Positions 1-8,866 of a DNA stretch of 44,215 nucleotides are shown one piece after another. Source of the DNA: an uncultured Flammeovirgaceae bacterium (GTDB taxonomy: Bacteria; Bacteroidota; Bacteroidia; Cytophagales; MED-G16). Numbering within the stretch: the stretch's first letter is position 1; every line of letters starts with the position of its first letter. The notes beneath the pieces were generated by a model. That model searched no databases and was not told the origin of the DNA. It saw only the letters and a list, made by a program, of their open reading frames with translations. The stretch is from NCBI GenBank assembly GCA_913046795.1, contig CAJWTC010000004.1:1-44215 (forward strand), in the 5' to 3' direction. Both the position numbers and the translations under genes were made by a program.

Positions 1-1098
1 TGGTCTCCCTAAGGACAGACCCCCTAACTCATCAACAACATCTCTTACTTTCCCAGATGTTGAGATGTAAGCAATCTTTGTCATACCCTCGGTATCGTAC
101 TGAAAATATAATCCCTTACCGTCCTCTTTCCAGTTTATATTACTAATATTTCTATCAAAACCCTCTGAAACTAACTTCACATTACCACCATCTGGGTCCA
201 TAACATATAATGAATTCTGCTGGTAACCTAAAAACTTGTCATCGTAACCAAGGTAGGCTATCATTTTATTATCAGGAGAAACTTTTGGAGAATAATCAGG
301 ACCGAATCTACTCGTCAATTTTGTAAGATCACCTGTAAGGATATCCATAGAGTAAATATCTGAGTTGTTAGGTTCAAAGTCTGAGTTCTCACTAAGATTT
401 GCCGAGAATAATACCTTATCTTCACCCATCCACACTAGAGAACGAATGTTCTTATCAAGGTCACTTATTTGCCTAGCAGTACCACCTTGTGTAGAAAGTA
501 TAAAGACCTGAGTGCTTCCAGGCCTCCTGTACCCACCACCATCGTACCTGTAAACCATATCATCTATTTCTATAGGTGGCTCATTCCACTTAGCCCCCTT
601 AGGCTTTTTAGGCATTTTTATTAGTTTACTGTTAGCCTTCTCTACAAATGATGTAAATAATAAGTACCTGTCATCATCTGACCAGACAATATTCCCAATA
701 GAAGATTGCATGTTGGTTAATTTCTGAGTAGAATTAGTATTTAGGTCGTGCAAATACAGCTGTGTCGTGCCGTCTACATTTGACTTGTATGTAAATTTAT
801 TACCTGAGTTGGACCACCTAGGTGCGAAGTCGTTCTTATTACCTGTTGTTACAGGCCTATTCAGAGTGCCATCAAAATTAACCATCCAGATATTAGATAG
901 ATTTCTGTCAGTCATCACATCCTTAAAATTTCTTTGGTATAAAACCTTATCTCCACTTGGAGATATTTGCGGATCTGATACGTACTCAACATCAAAGATA
1001 TCGATTGGATCAAAAGTACCTGAGACTTGAGAGCTAACCGTATTACTGAAAATTACAAAAAATGTTGTTAGGAGCGTTTTAAATGATATTCTTTCCAT
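1..1098 (-). CDS. S9-family (prolyl oligopeptidase/acylaminoacyl peptidase-like) peptidase, N-terminal beta-propeller part; runs off the window's left edge
   Basis: Absent from the ORF track because it has no stop inside the window. Hand translation from ATG at 1098 gives MERISFKTLLTTFFVIFSNTVSSQVSGTFDPIDIFDVEYVSDPQISPSGDKV...APRWSNSG...SPKVSPDNKMIAYLGYDD...LGGLSLGRP. It has a signal peptide and TolB/PD40-like repeats typical of S9 peptidases. The catalytic domain is outside the window. Confidence 0.8.
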   Translation of the reverse strand, partial: MERISFKTLLTTFFVIFSNTVSSQVSGTFDPIDIFDVEYVSDPQISPSGDKVLYQRNFKDVMTDRNLSNIWMVNFDGTLNRPVTTGNKNDFAPRWSNSGNKFTYKSNVDGTTQLYLHDLNTNSTQKLTNMQSSIGNIVWSDDDRYLLFTSFVEKANSKLIKMPKKPKGAKWNEPPIEIDDMVYRYDGGGYRRPGSTQVFILSTQGGTARQISDLDKNIRSLVWMGEDKVLFSANLSENSDFEPNNSDIYSMDILTGDLTKLTSRFGPDYSPKVSPDNKMIAYLGYDDKFLGYQQNSLYVMDPDGGNVKLVSEGFDRNISNINWKEDGKGLYFQYDTEGMTKIAYISTSGKVRDVVDELGGLSLGRP

Positions 1099-1162
1099 TT
1101 TATTTATTATATTTAATTTATTCACATTGAAAGTCTATAATAAAAGTAAAAATTTTAGTGAT

Positions 1163-2281
1163 ATGAACAACCAAATAAGCAGAAGAAATTTAGTGAAACT
1201 ACTTGGAGTGTCAGGGATAACATTACCTCTTGCCGGTGTTGCAAACGCATCAGATCCGTTCCCTTCTAAAGTAATAAGAAAATCCGGAGAACCCGTTAAA
1301 TTAAGTTCTAACGAAAATCCCTACGGACCATCTGATAATGTGAGGAAAGCAATAATAAATGCATTCGATGAAGCGTGCAGGTACCCGTACGGTAAAGTAT
1401 CAGAGCTAGAGGAGAAGATTGCCAAAAGAGAAGGTGTGAGTCCAGACATGGTTCTTGTGACAGGTGGTTCTAATGAAGCCCTCAGGGCGACAGGTCGTCA
1501 CTTTGGAATTGAGAAGAAAGAGATTATAGCTTGTAAGCCTACTTACCTAGCTCTGATGACATATGCAGAAGACTTCGGATGTGATATAAACTGGGTTCCT
1601 CTTGATGATGAACTTAAGTATGACCTAAACGAAATATCCAGAAGAGTATCTGACAAAACAAGTATGGTATTCATCTGTAACCCAAATAACCCAACAGGCA
1701 CAATGAATACGGCTATCGACCTAGAGGATTTCTGTCTGTCCACCTCCAAGAAGACTTGTGTATTTGTAGACGAGGCATATTATGACTACTCTATTCCTGA
1801 CGGCTACCCTACTATGACCAAGTTGGTAAAAGAGGGTCACGACATAATTGTTTCCAGGACATTCTCTAAAGTTTATGGATTAGCAGGAGTAAGGATTGGC
1901 TACATAATTTCAAATGCCGAGAGGATAGCAGAAATTAAGAAATGCACAATGGCAGGAACTAATATGTTAGCTACACACGCTGCAATAGCAGCTTATGACG
2001 AGACTGATTTCTTTGAGTTCAGCCTGAATAAAAATAAGGAGGCACTAAATACTTTCTACAAAACCTTTGACGAGCTTGGGCTTGAGTACAGAAAATCTTA
2101 CACAAATTTTGTGTTCTTTAAATCTGGCAAACATATCGATGAATTTGGGAAAGATATGTTAGGGAGAGGTTATATTGTAGGCAGGCCATTTCCACCCTAC
2201 TATGAATGGTGCAGGATAAGCACGGGAAGAGTTGAAGATGTTAACGCATTCTGCGAGGAGCTGAAGAGATACTACTCCTAA
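1163..2281 (+). CDS. Tat-exported class I/II PLP-dependent aminotransferase (HisC-like)
   Basis: Motifs LSSNENPYGPS, CNPNNPTG, VDEAY and SRTFSKVYGLAGVRIGY (PLP lysine). Twin-arginine signal SRRNLVK, a hydrophobic stretch and an ANA cleavage site. ATG at 1163 preferred over the track's TTG at 1127. Confidence 0.85.
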   Translation: MNNQISRRNLVKLLGVSGITLPLAGVANASDPFPSKVIRKSGEPVKLSSNENPYGPSDNVRKAIINAFDEACRYPYGKVSELEEKIAKREGVSPDMVLVTGGSNEALRATGRHFGIEKKEIIACKPTYLALMTYAEDFGCDINWVPLDDELKYDLNEISRRVSDKTSMVFICNPNNPTGTMNTAIDLEDFCLSTSKKTCVFVDEAYYDYSIPDGYPTMTKLVKEGHDIIVSRTFSKVYGLAGVRIGYIISNAERIAEIKKCTMAGTNMLATHAAIAAYDETDFFEFSLNKNKEALNTFYKTFDELGLEYRKSYTNFVFFKSGKHIDEFGKDMLGRGYIVGRPFPPYYEWCRISTGRVEDVNAFCEELKRYYS

Positions 2282-2302
2282 AAAATATTTTTTTAAACAA
2301 AA

Positions 2303-2331
2303 AAAAAGTGAGAACTATGTTCTCACTTTTT
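2303..2331. terminator. Bidirectional intrinsic terminator
   Basis: AAAAAGTGAGAAC-TAT-GTTCTCACTTTTT is a perfect inverted repeat with A/T tails, lying between convergent genes. Confidence 0.85.
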
Positions 2332-2353
2332 CATTTAGTATAGAATCTATCTA

Positions 2354-3547
2354 TTACTTTTTCAAGTGTACATTCCATCTGTTATCACCAGCACCGTAGT
2401 CGATAGTAAGTATCAAGTCAGTAGGAGAAATTTCCTCAACTTTATACTGTCTACTTGCAGCAACACCATCTTCACCACCATTATGCGCCTTCGCAATACC
2501 AAGGTAGGCACCATCACCAGTTACGGTCAACATATCTCCATCAAGGGTATATGTGAAGTCTCCGTCAACATATGGAGCAACAGGAGTATCGCAACCTTCA
2601 GGATCTTTTCCTTGCCATGGCTCTATAAAAGCATCACCATCGTGCATTGTCTTAAATGTACCGTCTGCAGCAAAATTATATCTGTCGTTATCCATACAAG
2701 GCCTGTCACCACCAGTGTCAGACTCTCTGACAAAATACCACCATGCACCTTCCCACTTGAGAGGCTCCCAAGCCACAGAAAGGGCGTGAATTTTCCAGTC
2801 ACCTAATAACATTTCAGCTGGAGTAGAACATGTCTCCGCACAAGTATTAAAACACTTGCTATCAAGTGTGACGTTTTCTTCTAAATTTGTAAGTTCTATA
2901 GATCTATTCCAGTATGGAGATCCAGCAGCTTGGTAAGCACAAGCATCGTTCTCATCAAAAGACTCTTGACGACCCCAGTCATTAACAATAAACTTATACT
3001 CATAAAGACTATTGGTTAATAACGGAATTGTAATCACATAAATACTGTCATTGTCATCATCAGTCATTACGTGAGGTGAACCAGGTCCAGAAAAACCTTC
3101 AAATGTTCCAGTTAATTTAACAACATCTGTAGAAGATAATATTTCATTTCTCATATCAACTGTAAATGTAACATTTGCAGAATCGTATGTCGGTAAATTA
3201 ATTTGGACAGATTGAGTATTGGTATTTTTCCAACCCATAGCATTACTTGTACCTGCAGCAGTAGCAGTCAATGTTACAGCAAACTGACCCGCACCAGTAT
3301 ATGTGTGAGATGGATTAGCTTCAGATGATCCGTTACCATCGCCAAAGTCCCAGTTGTAAGAAACTGCACCTGTAGAGCTGTTTGTAAAAGACCATGTAAA
3401 AATATCACTTTGTGATTGCGTTGCCGTGAAAGCTGCAACAGGTTCGGTTCCGTAGATGGCCTCAGGAAGGCTCTCATCACAGCTAAAAGCGACTGCAGTT
3501 AACAAAACAACAAGAAAAAGAAAAGAAAAAGATTTTCTTGATTTCAT
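2354..3547 (-). CDS. Surface lipoprotein: PKD domain + CBM20/48-like Ig domain + C-terminal Trp-rich putative glycan-binding domain
   Basis: Lipobox AFSC followed by acidic DE. PKD motif SYNWDFGDG...NPSHTY. Middle domain VTFTVDM...MTDDDNDSIY...YEYKF. C-terminal domain LLGDWK...WW...RPC..D.Y.FAADGTF...EPWQG. Confidence 0.7.
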   Translation of the reverse strand: MKSRKSFSFLFLVVLLTAVAFSCDESLPEAIYGTEPVAAFTATQSQSDIFTWSFTNSSTGAVSYNWDFGDGNGSSEANPSHTYTGAGQFAVTLTATAAGTSNAMGWKNTNTQSVQINLPTYDSANVTFTVDMRNEILSSTDVVKLTGTFEGFSGPGSPHVMTDDDNDSIYVITIPLLTNSLYEYKFIVNDWGRQESFDENDACAYQAAGSPYWNRSIELTNLEENVTLDSKCFNTCAETCSTPAEMLLGDWKIHALSVAWEPLKWEGAWWYFVRESDTGGDRPCMDNDRYNFAADGTFKTMHDGDAFIEPWQGKDPEGCDTPVAPYVDGDFTYTLDGDMLTVTGDGAYLGIAKAHNGGEDGVAASRQYKVEEISPTDLILTIDYGAGDNRWNVHLKK

Positions 3548-3664
3548 TTTAGTATAGTTTAGTTTAAAATATTTTAAAGTTACTTAGTTAGTAATAGGCA
3601 ATATTAAGAAATATTTAAGAAAAAATTAAGTTTATATTTAGATTTTAATAGGAATATAAGTCAC

Positions 3665-6445
3665 CTAATTCTTAATTACCCTTAACGTAAAAGAATCTGT
3701 ACTAGATGTAACCTTTAGAAAATAAATACCATCCGAAAATTCTGAGACATCCTTCATTAAAAAAATACCTTCAAATTCAGTATTATCAATTTTCTTACCA
3801 TTAGAATTAGTGAAGGTTATATCGTAATTGTCCCATGTTGGAAGTTGAACGTTTAACTTTTCTGTAAAGGGATTGGGATATATATTATAATTTTTATGAA
3901 TTAAACTCTCTGCACTCAGAGTTAATCCTATATCGTCCTCTATTTGTGTCTTCCCATCAGCTATAATAAAAAAATGACCAGGCTGAAGAGGACTTTCTGC
4001 AAGTACCGACTTATCGACTGACATATTATTATTGAAGATGTCATATAAATCTCCATCTGGGAATAGATTTATTGGAATTTTGATGCTTTCAAGACCAAAA
4101 TTGCCAATTATGAGTACCTCAGATATGATTTCATTATTATCTTCAGATAACAGCTTAATATATTTAAGTTCTGATGATAGATTGACACTAAAATTAGATG
4201 TATGAAATATCTTTTCAGTATTTCTCAGGGACAATATCCTGGACCATGTATCATATAGCTGGACTCTCCTTATATTTTCTTGCATTCCAAGTGCAAAGGC
4301 AGATTCTTTATTTGATAGTCTGCAGTCATTACTTATTGTGCCATCGACACACGTGTTAATACTCACATCGTAGCCAAGCTCACCAAATTGCCAAATCATT
4401 TTCGGACCAGGAATTCCAAAAAACAATGCCCCTGCAGTCTTCATTCTATTTATTGCATTATCAAAATACTTGGCGTCATAAGATCCACTGGAGTTGCCAT
4501 ATTCTAAATTTTTATACATGAGCCTTTCCTTGTCGTGACTCTCCATAAAACCGACCAGAGTTGGATTACTAAAACCCCTATTTTTATATGATATACCACT
4601 AAAATCAGAGTCATATCCCATAGTTGCCTCATTATAATTATAATTTTCCTCTCCCCAAGTGAGTATCTCATGATCTGAGAATACCTTCTCCTCTAAACCC
4701 TGAAAATGCTCAAATATGATATAACTATCAGGATCAATAGACCTTACATCATCAGCTACCGACTTAAGGTAACTAACCCTTGAAGACAAATACTTATCTG
4801 CAGTGCTTTCATTTGTAAATCCCTTAGTAAGATCAAACCTAAGGCCATCTATATGATATTCCTTGATTAGGTAAGAGTTAACTCTTTTCATGTAGTCTCT
4901 AACATATGAGAACTCATGGTTTATATCATTGAAATAATTTAGGTAAGATTCAGAAACAGGAGAAATCTGAAAGAAATCATTCTCTTGGGTTGGATCACCA
5001 TCGTATGAGTTAGGGTCAGTGTTCCAGAGTCTATAGTATGGGTTTTGGCCCGTAGCATGATTATAAACCACATCTACAATAACCGCAATACCCCTCTTAT
5101 GACACTCATTTATCAGTTTTTTTAACTCTTTTGGTGACCCGTAAGCCTTATCTATTGCCATGTGAAATGAGGGGTTATATCCCCAGCTCTCATTACCATC
5201 AAATTCATTAACAGGCATTAACTCAATTGCATTAACTCCTAGGTTCTCTATATAGTCAAGCTTATCGTATATAGATTTAAAACTTTTTTGTTTATCAAAA
5301 TCTCTCACTAAGATCTCATAGATTATTAACTCTTCCTTTTTTGGCCTGATAAATCCCTGATCTTCCCAATTAAAATTTCTATCCATCACTAGAACTGAGG
5401 CAGCATGTTTATTACCAGAAGGGTAAGAAGGCAAATCATAAAAACCACAAGCTTGAGAGAGACATAAATACGAATCGTGGTTAGAGTCAAGTATTAACTC
5501 CGAGTACGGGTCGGCTATTGATATTAAACCATCAACGACATACTGATAAGAATAAATTTCATTTACACTTAAGTCATCTAAAACATACCAGAAACGTTTG
5601 AGAACTGGATCATAATTCATTAGGTAGGAACTTTCTAAGTCCCAATTATTGAAGGATCCGTTTAGTTGTACAAATTCTTTACCAGGCGCAAAAAGGAGAA
5701 ATACTACTTTTCCGCCCTGCAAGTAATTTACTCCATCTTCTAAACTTGAGTATGGGACTTGTAGATTAGAAACATCTGGCTTTATTATTACCTCAAAGCT
5801 TCGTGTTATCTCGTCTCCTGAGCCTATATCTTCTGCTCTAAGATAGTACTTAGAATTTTCTGAAATATTCTGAATGAGGTAGCTGTATGATTTAGAAGAA
5901 TTCTTTTTATGGATAAGTTCACCGCCTTCATACAAAGCAAAATTTACCTTGGTATCAGTTTCAGCTCTCACATTTTGACTGGCACCGCTGTCAATAACTA
6001 AATATGATTCTAACGGCTCTAATAGATCAAAAGAGAAAATTCCCACATCAATGTAATGGTCCTGAGTCTTCTTATCTCCAGATCCATCTTTAGACTTAGC
6101 CAACAATCCAATCCTTTCAATTCCTGTGTCGCCATAGAAATCTGTGGGTCTGAAGGTGTAGCTAAAAGAATCATCCTGATTATTTACCATCTTCATCTCA
6201 TCATCAGAGTTATTCCATTGTCCATTCCAGTTCGAGTCAGGATTTGTAGGTGAACCGTCTGATTTAGTGTACCATGTCCAAAGGAAGATGTCATTCTCAC
6301 CTGATAAGTTACCCGAATTGATTTCAGATACTGTTACAGTTATTAAATCAGATTCAGAAAAAGGATAAGGAACCACTTCCCAGTTACCAGTAGGAACCTG
6401 AGAATATAAACTTTGAGTCAAGAATATGAATAAAAGATACCTCAA
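3665..6445 (-). CDS. GH13 alpha-amylase-family glycoside hydrolase with N-terminal CBM(s), CBM48-like domain and T9SS C-terminal sorting domain
   Basis: GH13 regions ELMPV..F.G..SWGYNP, DVVYNH, DGLRFDLTKG (nucleophile Asp), IFEHF (acid/base Glu) and ESHD. C-terminal IYPNPF...GIYFLKV...RVIKN. TTG start. Confidence 0.9.
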   Translation of the reverse strand: MRYLLFIFLTQSLYSQVPTGNWEVVPYPFSESDLITVTVSEINSGNLSGENDIFLWTWYTKSDGSPTNPDSNWNGQWNNSDDEMKMVNNQDDSFSYTFRPTDFYGDTGIERIGLLAKSKDGSGDKKTQDHYIDVGIFSFDLLEPLESYLVIDSGASQNVRAETDTKVNFALYEGGELIHKKNSSKSYSYLIQNISENSKYYLRAEDIGSGDEITRSFEVIIKPDVSNLQVPYSSLEDGVNYLQGGKVVFLLFAPGKEFVQLNGSFNNWDLESSYLMNYDPVLKRFWYVLDDLSVNEIYSYQYVVDGLISIADPYSELILDSNHDSYLCLSQACGFYDLPSYPSGNKHAASVLVMDRNFNWEDQGFIRPKKEELIIYEILVRDFDKQKSFKSIYDKLDYIENLGVNAIELMPVNEFDGNESWGYNPSFHMAIDKAYGSPKELKKLINECHKRGIAVIVDVVYNHATGQNPYYRLWNTDPNSYDGDPTQENDFFQISPVSESYLNYFNDINHEFSYVRDYMKRVNSYLIKEYHIDGLRFDLTKGFTNESTADKYLSSRVSYLKSVADDVRSIDPDSYIIFEHFQGLEEKVFSDHEILTWGEENYNYNEATMGYDSDFSGISYKNRGFSNPTLVGFMESHDKERLMYKNLEYGNSSGSYDAKYFDNAINRMKTAGALFFGIPGPKMIWQFGELGYDVSINTCVDGTISNDCRLSNKESAFALGMQENIRRVQLYDTWSRILSLRNTEKIFHTSNFSVNLSSELKYIKLLSEDNNEIISEVLIIGNFGLESIKIPINLFPDGDLYDIFNNNMSVDKSVLAESPLQPGHFFIIADGKTQIEDDIGLTLSAESLIHKNYNIYPNPFTEKLNVQLPTWDNYDITFTNSNGKKIDNTEFEGIFLMKDVSEFSDGIYFLKVTSSTDSFTLRVIKN

Positions 6446-6485
6446 ATTGAGTTGATTATATTTCCTAAATTACTAAATTAATACA

Positions 6486-7922
6486 ATGAAACATTATTTA
6501 TTCTGCATCCTTTCTATTCTGGTGATGTCATGTAATATTCCAAAAGAAAACATTCAACCAAATTTCGTTATTATTTTCATGGATGATCTAGGGTATGGAG
6601 ACATAGAAAACTTTGGTGCTGTCAACTACAAAACTCCAAATATTAATATGATGGTTAATCGCGGAATGCTTTTCACAAACTTTTATTCCCCACAGGCTGT
6701 TTGTAGTGCTTCCAGAGCAGGCCTTCTTACTGGAACTTATCCTAATAGAATTGGAATAAGCGGCGCTCTCATGCCTTATTCTAACCACGGAATTCATGAA
6801 GATGAGAAGACAATTGCAGAAATTCTAAAGGAAAAAAATTATGCTACAGGAATTTTTGGGAAGTGGCATTTAGGTCATCACGAAAAATTTTTACCTACTA
6901 ACCACGGATTTGATACATATGTTGGAATACCTTATTCTAACGACATGTGGCCTGTAGATTTTAAGGGAGACCAAATATCAGATTCATCAAATTGGAGAAA
7001 GAAGACATATCCACAACTCCCTCTGATTGAAAACTTACAAAAAATAAGGGAAATAAAGACCCTTGATGACCAGGCAGAACTAACAACCTTATACACAGAT
7101 AAATCTGTTGATTTCATTAAAAGCAATAAAGGAAAACCATTTTTCTTATACCTGCCTCATTCGATGCCTCACGTACCTATCGCTGTTTCAGAAAAATTCC
7201 TTGGGAAAAGTGAGCAAGGTCTTTACGGAGACCTAATGATGGAAATCGACTGGTCCGTGGGAGAGATAATTAGAGCATTAGAAGAAAATAATATATTAGA
7301 TAATACTCTAATTATTTTCACAAGTGACAATGGCCCCTGGTTAAATTTTGGTAACCATGCTGGATCAACGGGAGGATTGAGAGAAGGGAAAGGAACGTCT
7401 TTTGAGGGTGGACAGAGAGTTCCAACAGTTATGATGTGGCCAGATGTTATTCCAAAAGGGAAAATAGCAAACCAACTATCTTCAGCAATTGATATCTTAC
7501 CTACTATAAATTACATCGTTGACGGGAAACTTCCTGACCATAAAATTGATGGTATAAATATCATAGATATCTTAAGGGGAGAGGATAAAAAACCTAGAAA
7601 AGAATTTCTATATTATTACGGAAATAATAACCTCGAGGCTGTAAGAAAAGATAACTGGAAATTACTTCTACCTCATACCTCTAGATCCTATAAAGGAGTC
7701 TTGCCAAATAATGATGGATTCCCAGGAAAATATAATACAATAACAACTGGACTAGAATTATATAACTTAAGAAGAGACCCCGGAGAAGAATATAATGTAA
7801 TAATGAAATACCCTGATATTGCTGAAGAATTACTAGAAATAGCTGAAGAAGCAAGAAAAGATATGGGAGACAATTTAACAGAAATGAAAGGAATTAATGT
7901 AAGAAAACACGGAACACTATGA
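6486..7922 (+). CDS. S1-family (formylglycine-dependent) sulfatase, probable lipoprotein
   Basis: Motifs PNFVIIFMDDLGYGD, CSASRAGLLTG, GKWHLG, FTSDNGP and EGGQRVP. Lipobox VMSC. Confidence 0.93.
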   Translation: MKHYLFCILSILVMSCNIPKENIQPNFVIIFMDDLGYGDIENFGAVNYKTPNINMMVNRGMLFTNFYSPQAVCSASRAGLLTGTYPNRIGISGALMPYSNHGIHEDEKTIAEILKEKNYATGIFGKWHLGHHEKFLPTNHGFDTYVGIPYSNDMWPVDFKGDQISDSSNWRKKTYPQLPLIENLQKIREIKTLDDQAELTTLYTDKSVDFIKSNKGKPFFLYLPHSMPHVPIAVSEKFLGKSEQGLYGDLMMEIDWSVGEIIRALEENNILDNTLIIFTSDNGPWLNFGNHAGSTGGLREGKGTSFEGGQRVPTVMMWPDVIPKGKIANQLSSAIDILPTINYIVDGKLPDHKIDGINIIDILRGEDKKPRKEFLYYYGNNNLEAVRKDNWKLLLPHTSRSYKGVLPNNDGFPGKYNTITTGLELYNLRRDPGEEYNVIMKYPDIAEELLEIAEEARKDMGDNLTEMKGINVRKHGTL

Positions 7923-8698
7923 AAAAATATTATATTTTATTTCTACTATGGGTATCAGGCTGTAATCAAATAGCTCACGAAACAACTAATGAATATAAAA
8001 TTCAAGCTCAAGTTTGGACTCAAAATGCTGCAGAGTACAGAGCTTTATGCTACCAGGCATTTAACGCTGCAAAATTTAATTTAGATGCATTTTTGTTTTT
8101 TGAAAAAAAATACGAAAAGCCTCTCGCCATTATAGCTGATGTAGATGAGACTGTACTAGATAACAGCCCCTACGATGGAAAACTAATCCTAGATAACATC
8201 TCATATAACAGAAAGAGTTGGGTTGAGTGGGGAAACTTAGAAAAAGCAGAAGCTATCCCTGGATCATTAGAATTCTTAAAGTATGCTTCAGGAAAGGGTA
8301 TTGAAATATTTTACATTTCTAATAGGTACTCTGAACAACTTCAGGGAACAGTAAATAATCTAAAAAAGATAGGTTTTCCAAATGCCGTAAACTCTAACGT
8401 TTTATTAAGATCAGAAAGCCGTAGTAAGAGTGAAAGGAGAAAGTTAGTATTTGATAACTACCAAGTTATAATGCTGATAGGAGATAATTTAGCTGACTTT
8501 AACGATGAGTTTGAAGAGAAGTTATCAGAAGAAAGAACAAACTATACTGATAATCTCAGAAATGAATTTGGTACTAAGCTTATTGTTCTACCAAATCCAA
8601 ATTATGGTGATTGGGAGTCTAATGGTATTTTTGAAGGAAAGAGTTTAAATGATTATCAAAAGGATTCTGTAAGAAGAACAAAGATTAACTCATATTAA
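7919..8698 (+). CDS. Class C acid phosphatase / 5'-nucleotidase lipoprotein, e(P4) family
   Basis: HAD-type DVDETVLDNSPY, YISNR, IGDNLADF and LPNPNYGDWE. Lipobox VSGC. ATGA overlap with the sulfatase. Confidence 0.9.
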   Translation: MKKYYILFLLWVSGCNQIAHETTNEYKIQAQVWTQNAAEYRALCYQAFNAAKFNLDAFLFFEKKYEKPLAIIADVDETVLDNSPYDGKLILDNISYNRKSWVEWGNLEKAEAIPGSLEFLKYASGKGIEIFYISNRYSEQLQGTVNNLKKIGFPNAVNSNVLLRSESRSKSERRKLVFDNYQVIMLIGDNLADFNDEFEEKLSEERTNYTDNLRNEFGTKLIVLPNPNYGDWESNGIFEGKSLNDYQKDSVRRTKINSY

Positions 8699-8730
8699 CA
8701 AGTAAGTAATACTTTTAAAATGATTTTTTG

Positions 8731-8804
8731 TGATTCCGGAAGGACTCGAACCTTCAACCTACTGCTTAGAAGGCAGTTGCTCTATCCAGTTGAGCTACGG
8801 AACC
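8731..8804 (-). tRNA. tRNA-Arg(TCT)
   Basis: Reverse complement reads GGTTCCGTAGCTCAACTGGATAGAGCAACTGCCTTCTAAGCAGTAGGTTGAAGGTTCGAGTCCTTCCGGAATCA. Cloverleaf with GTTCGA T-loop and TCT anticodon; CCA is not encoded. Confidence 0.96.
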
Positions 8805-8816
8805 AGATAATGATGG

Positions 8817-8824
8817 CAAATGTA
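8817..8824 (-). promoter_or_regulatory. Bacteroidota sigma70 -7 box for tRNA-Arg
   Basis: TACATTTG matches TAnnTTTG and lies 12 nt upstream of the tRNA 5' end. Confidence 0.7.
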
Positions 8825-8866
8825 AATCTATTAATTTACTATTGCAAGAGGTGATTCTGTAGGTAT

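Noticed and set aside
767-1030. 87-aa plus-strand ORF in the track
   Set aside because: It is an antisense shadow of the S9 peptidase on the minus strand.
1127-1162. TTG-started N-terminal extension of the aminotransferase
   Set aside because: ATG at 1163 gives a normal Tat signal and leaves room for divergent promoters.
2366-2806. 146-aa plus-strand ORF and the other short overlapping ORFs in the track
   Set aside because: They lie antisense or out of frame within well-supported genes and show no motifs.
8851-8857. GTGATTC matching the tRNA-Arg 3' end region, as a possible att repeat
   Set aside because: Only 7 bp, on the 5' side of the tRNA, and expected by chance.
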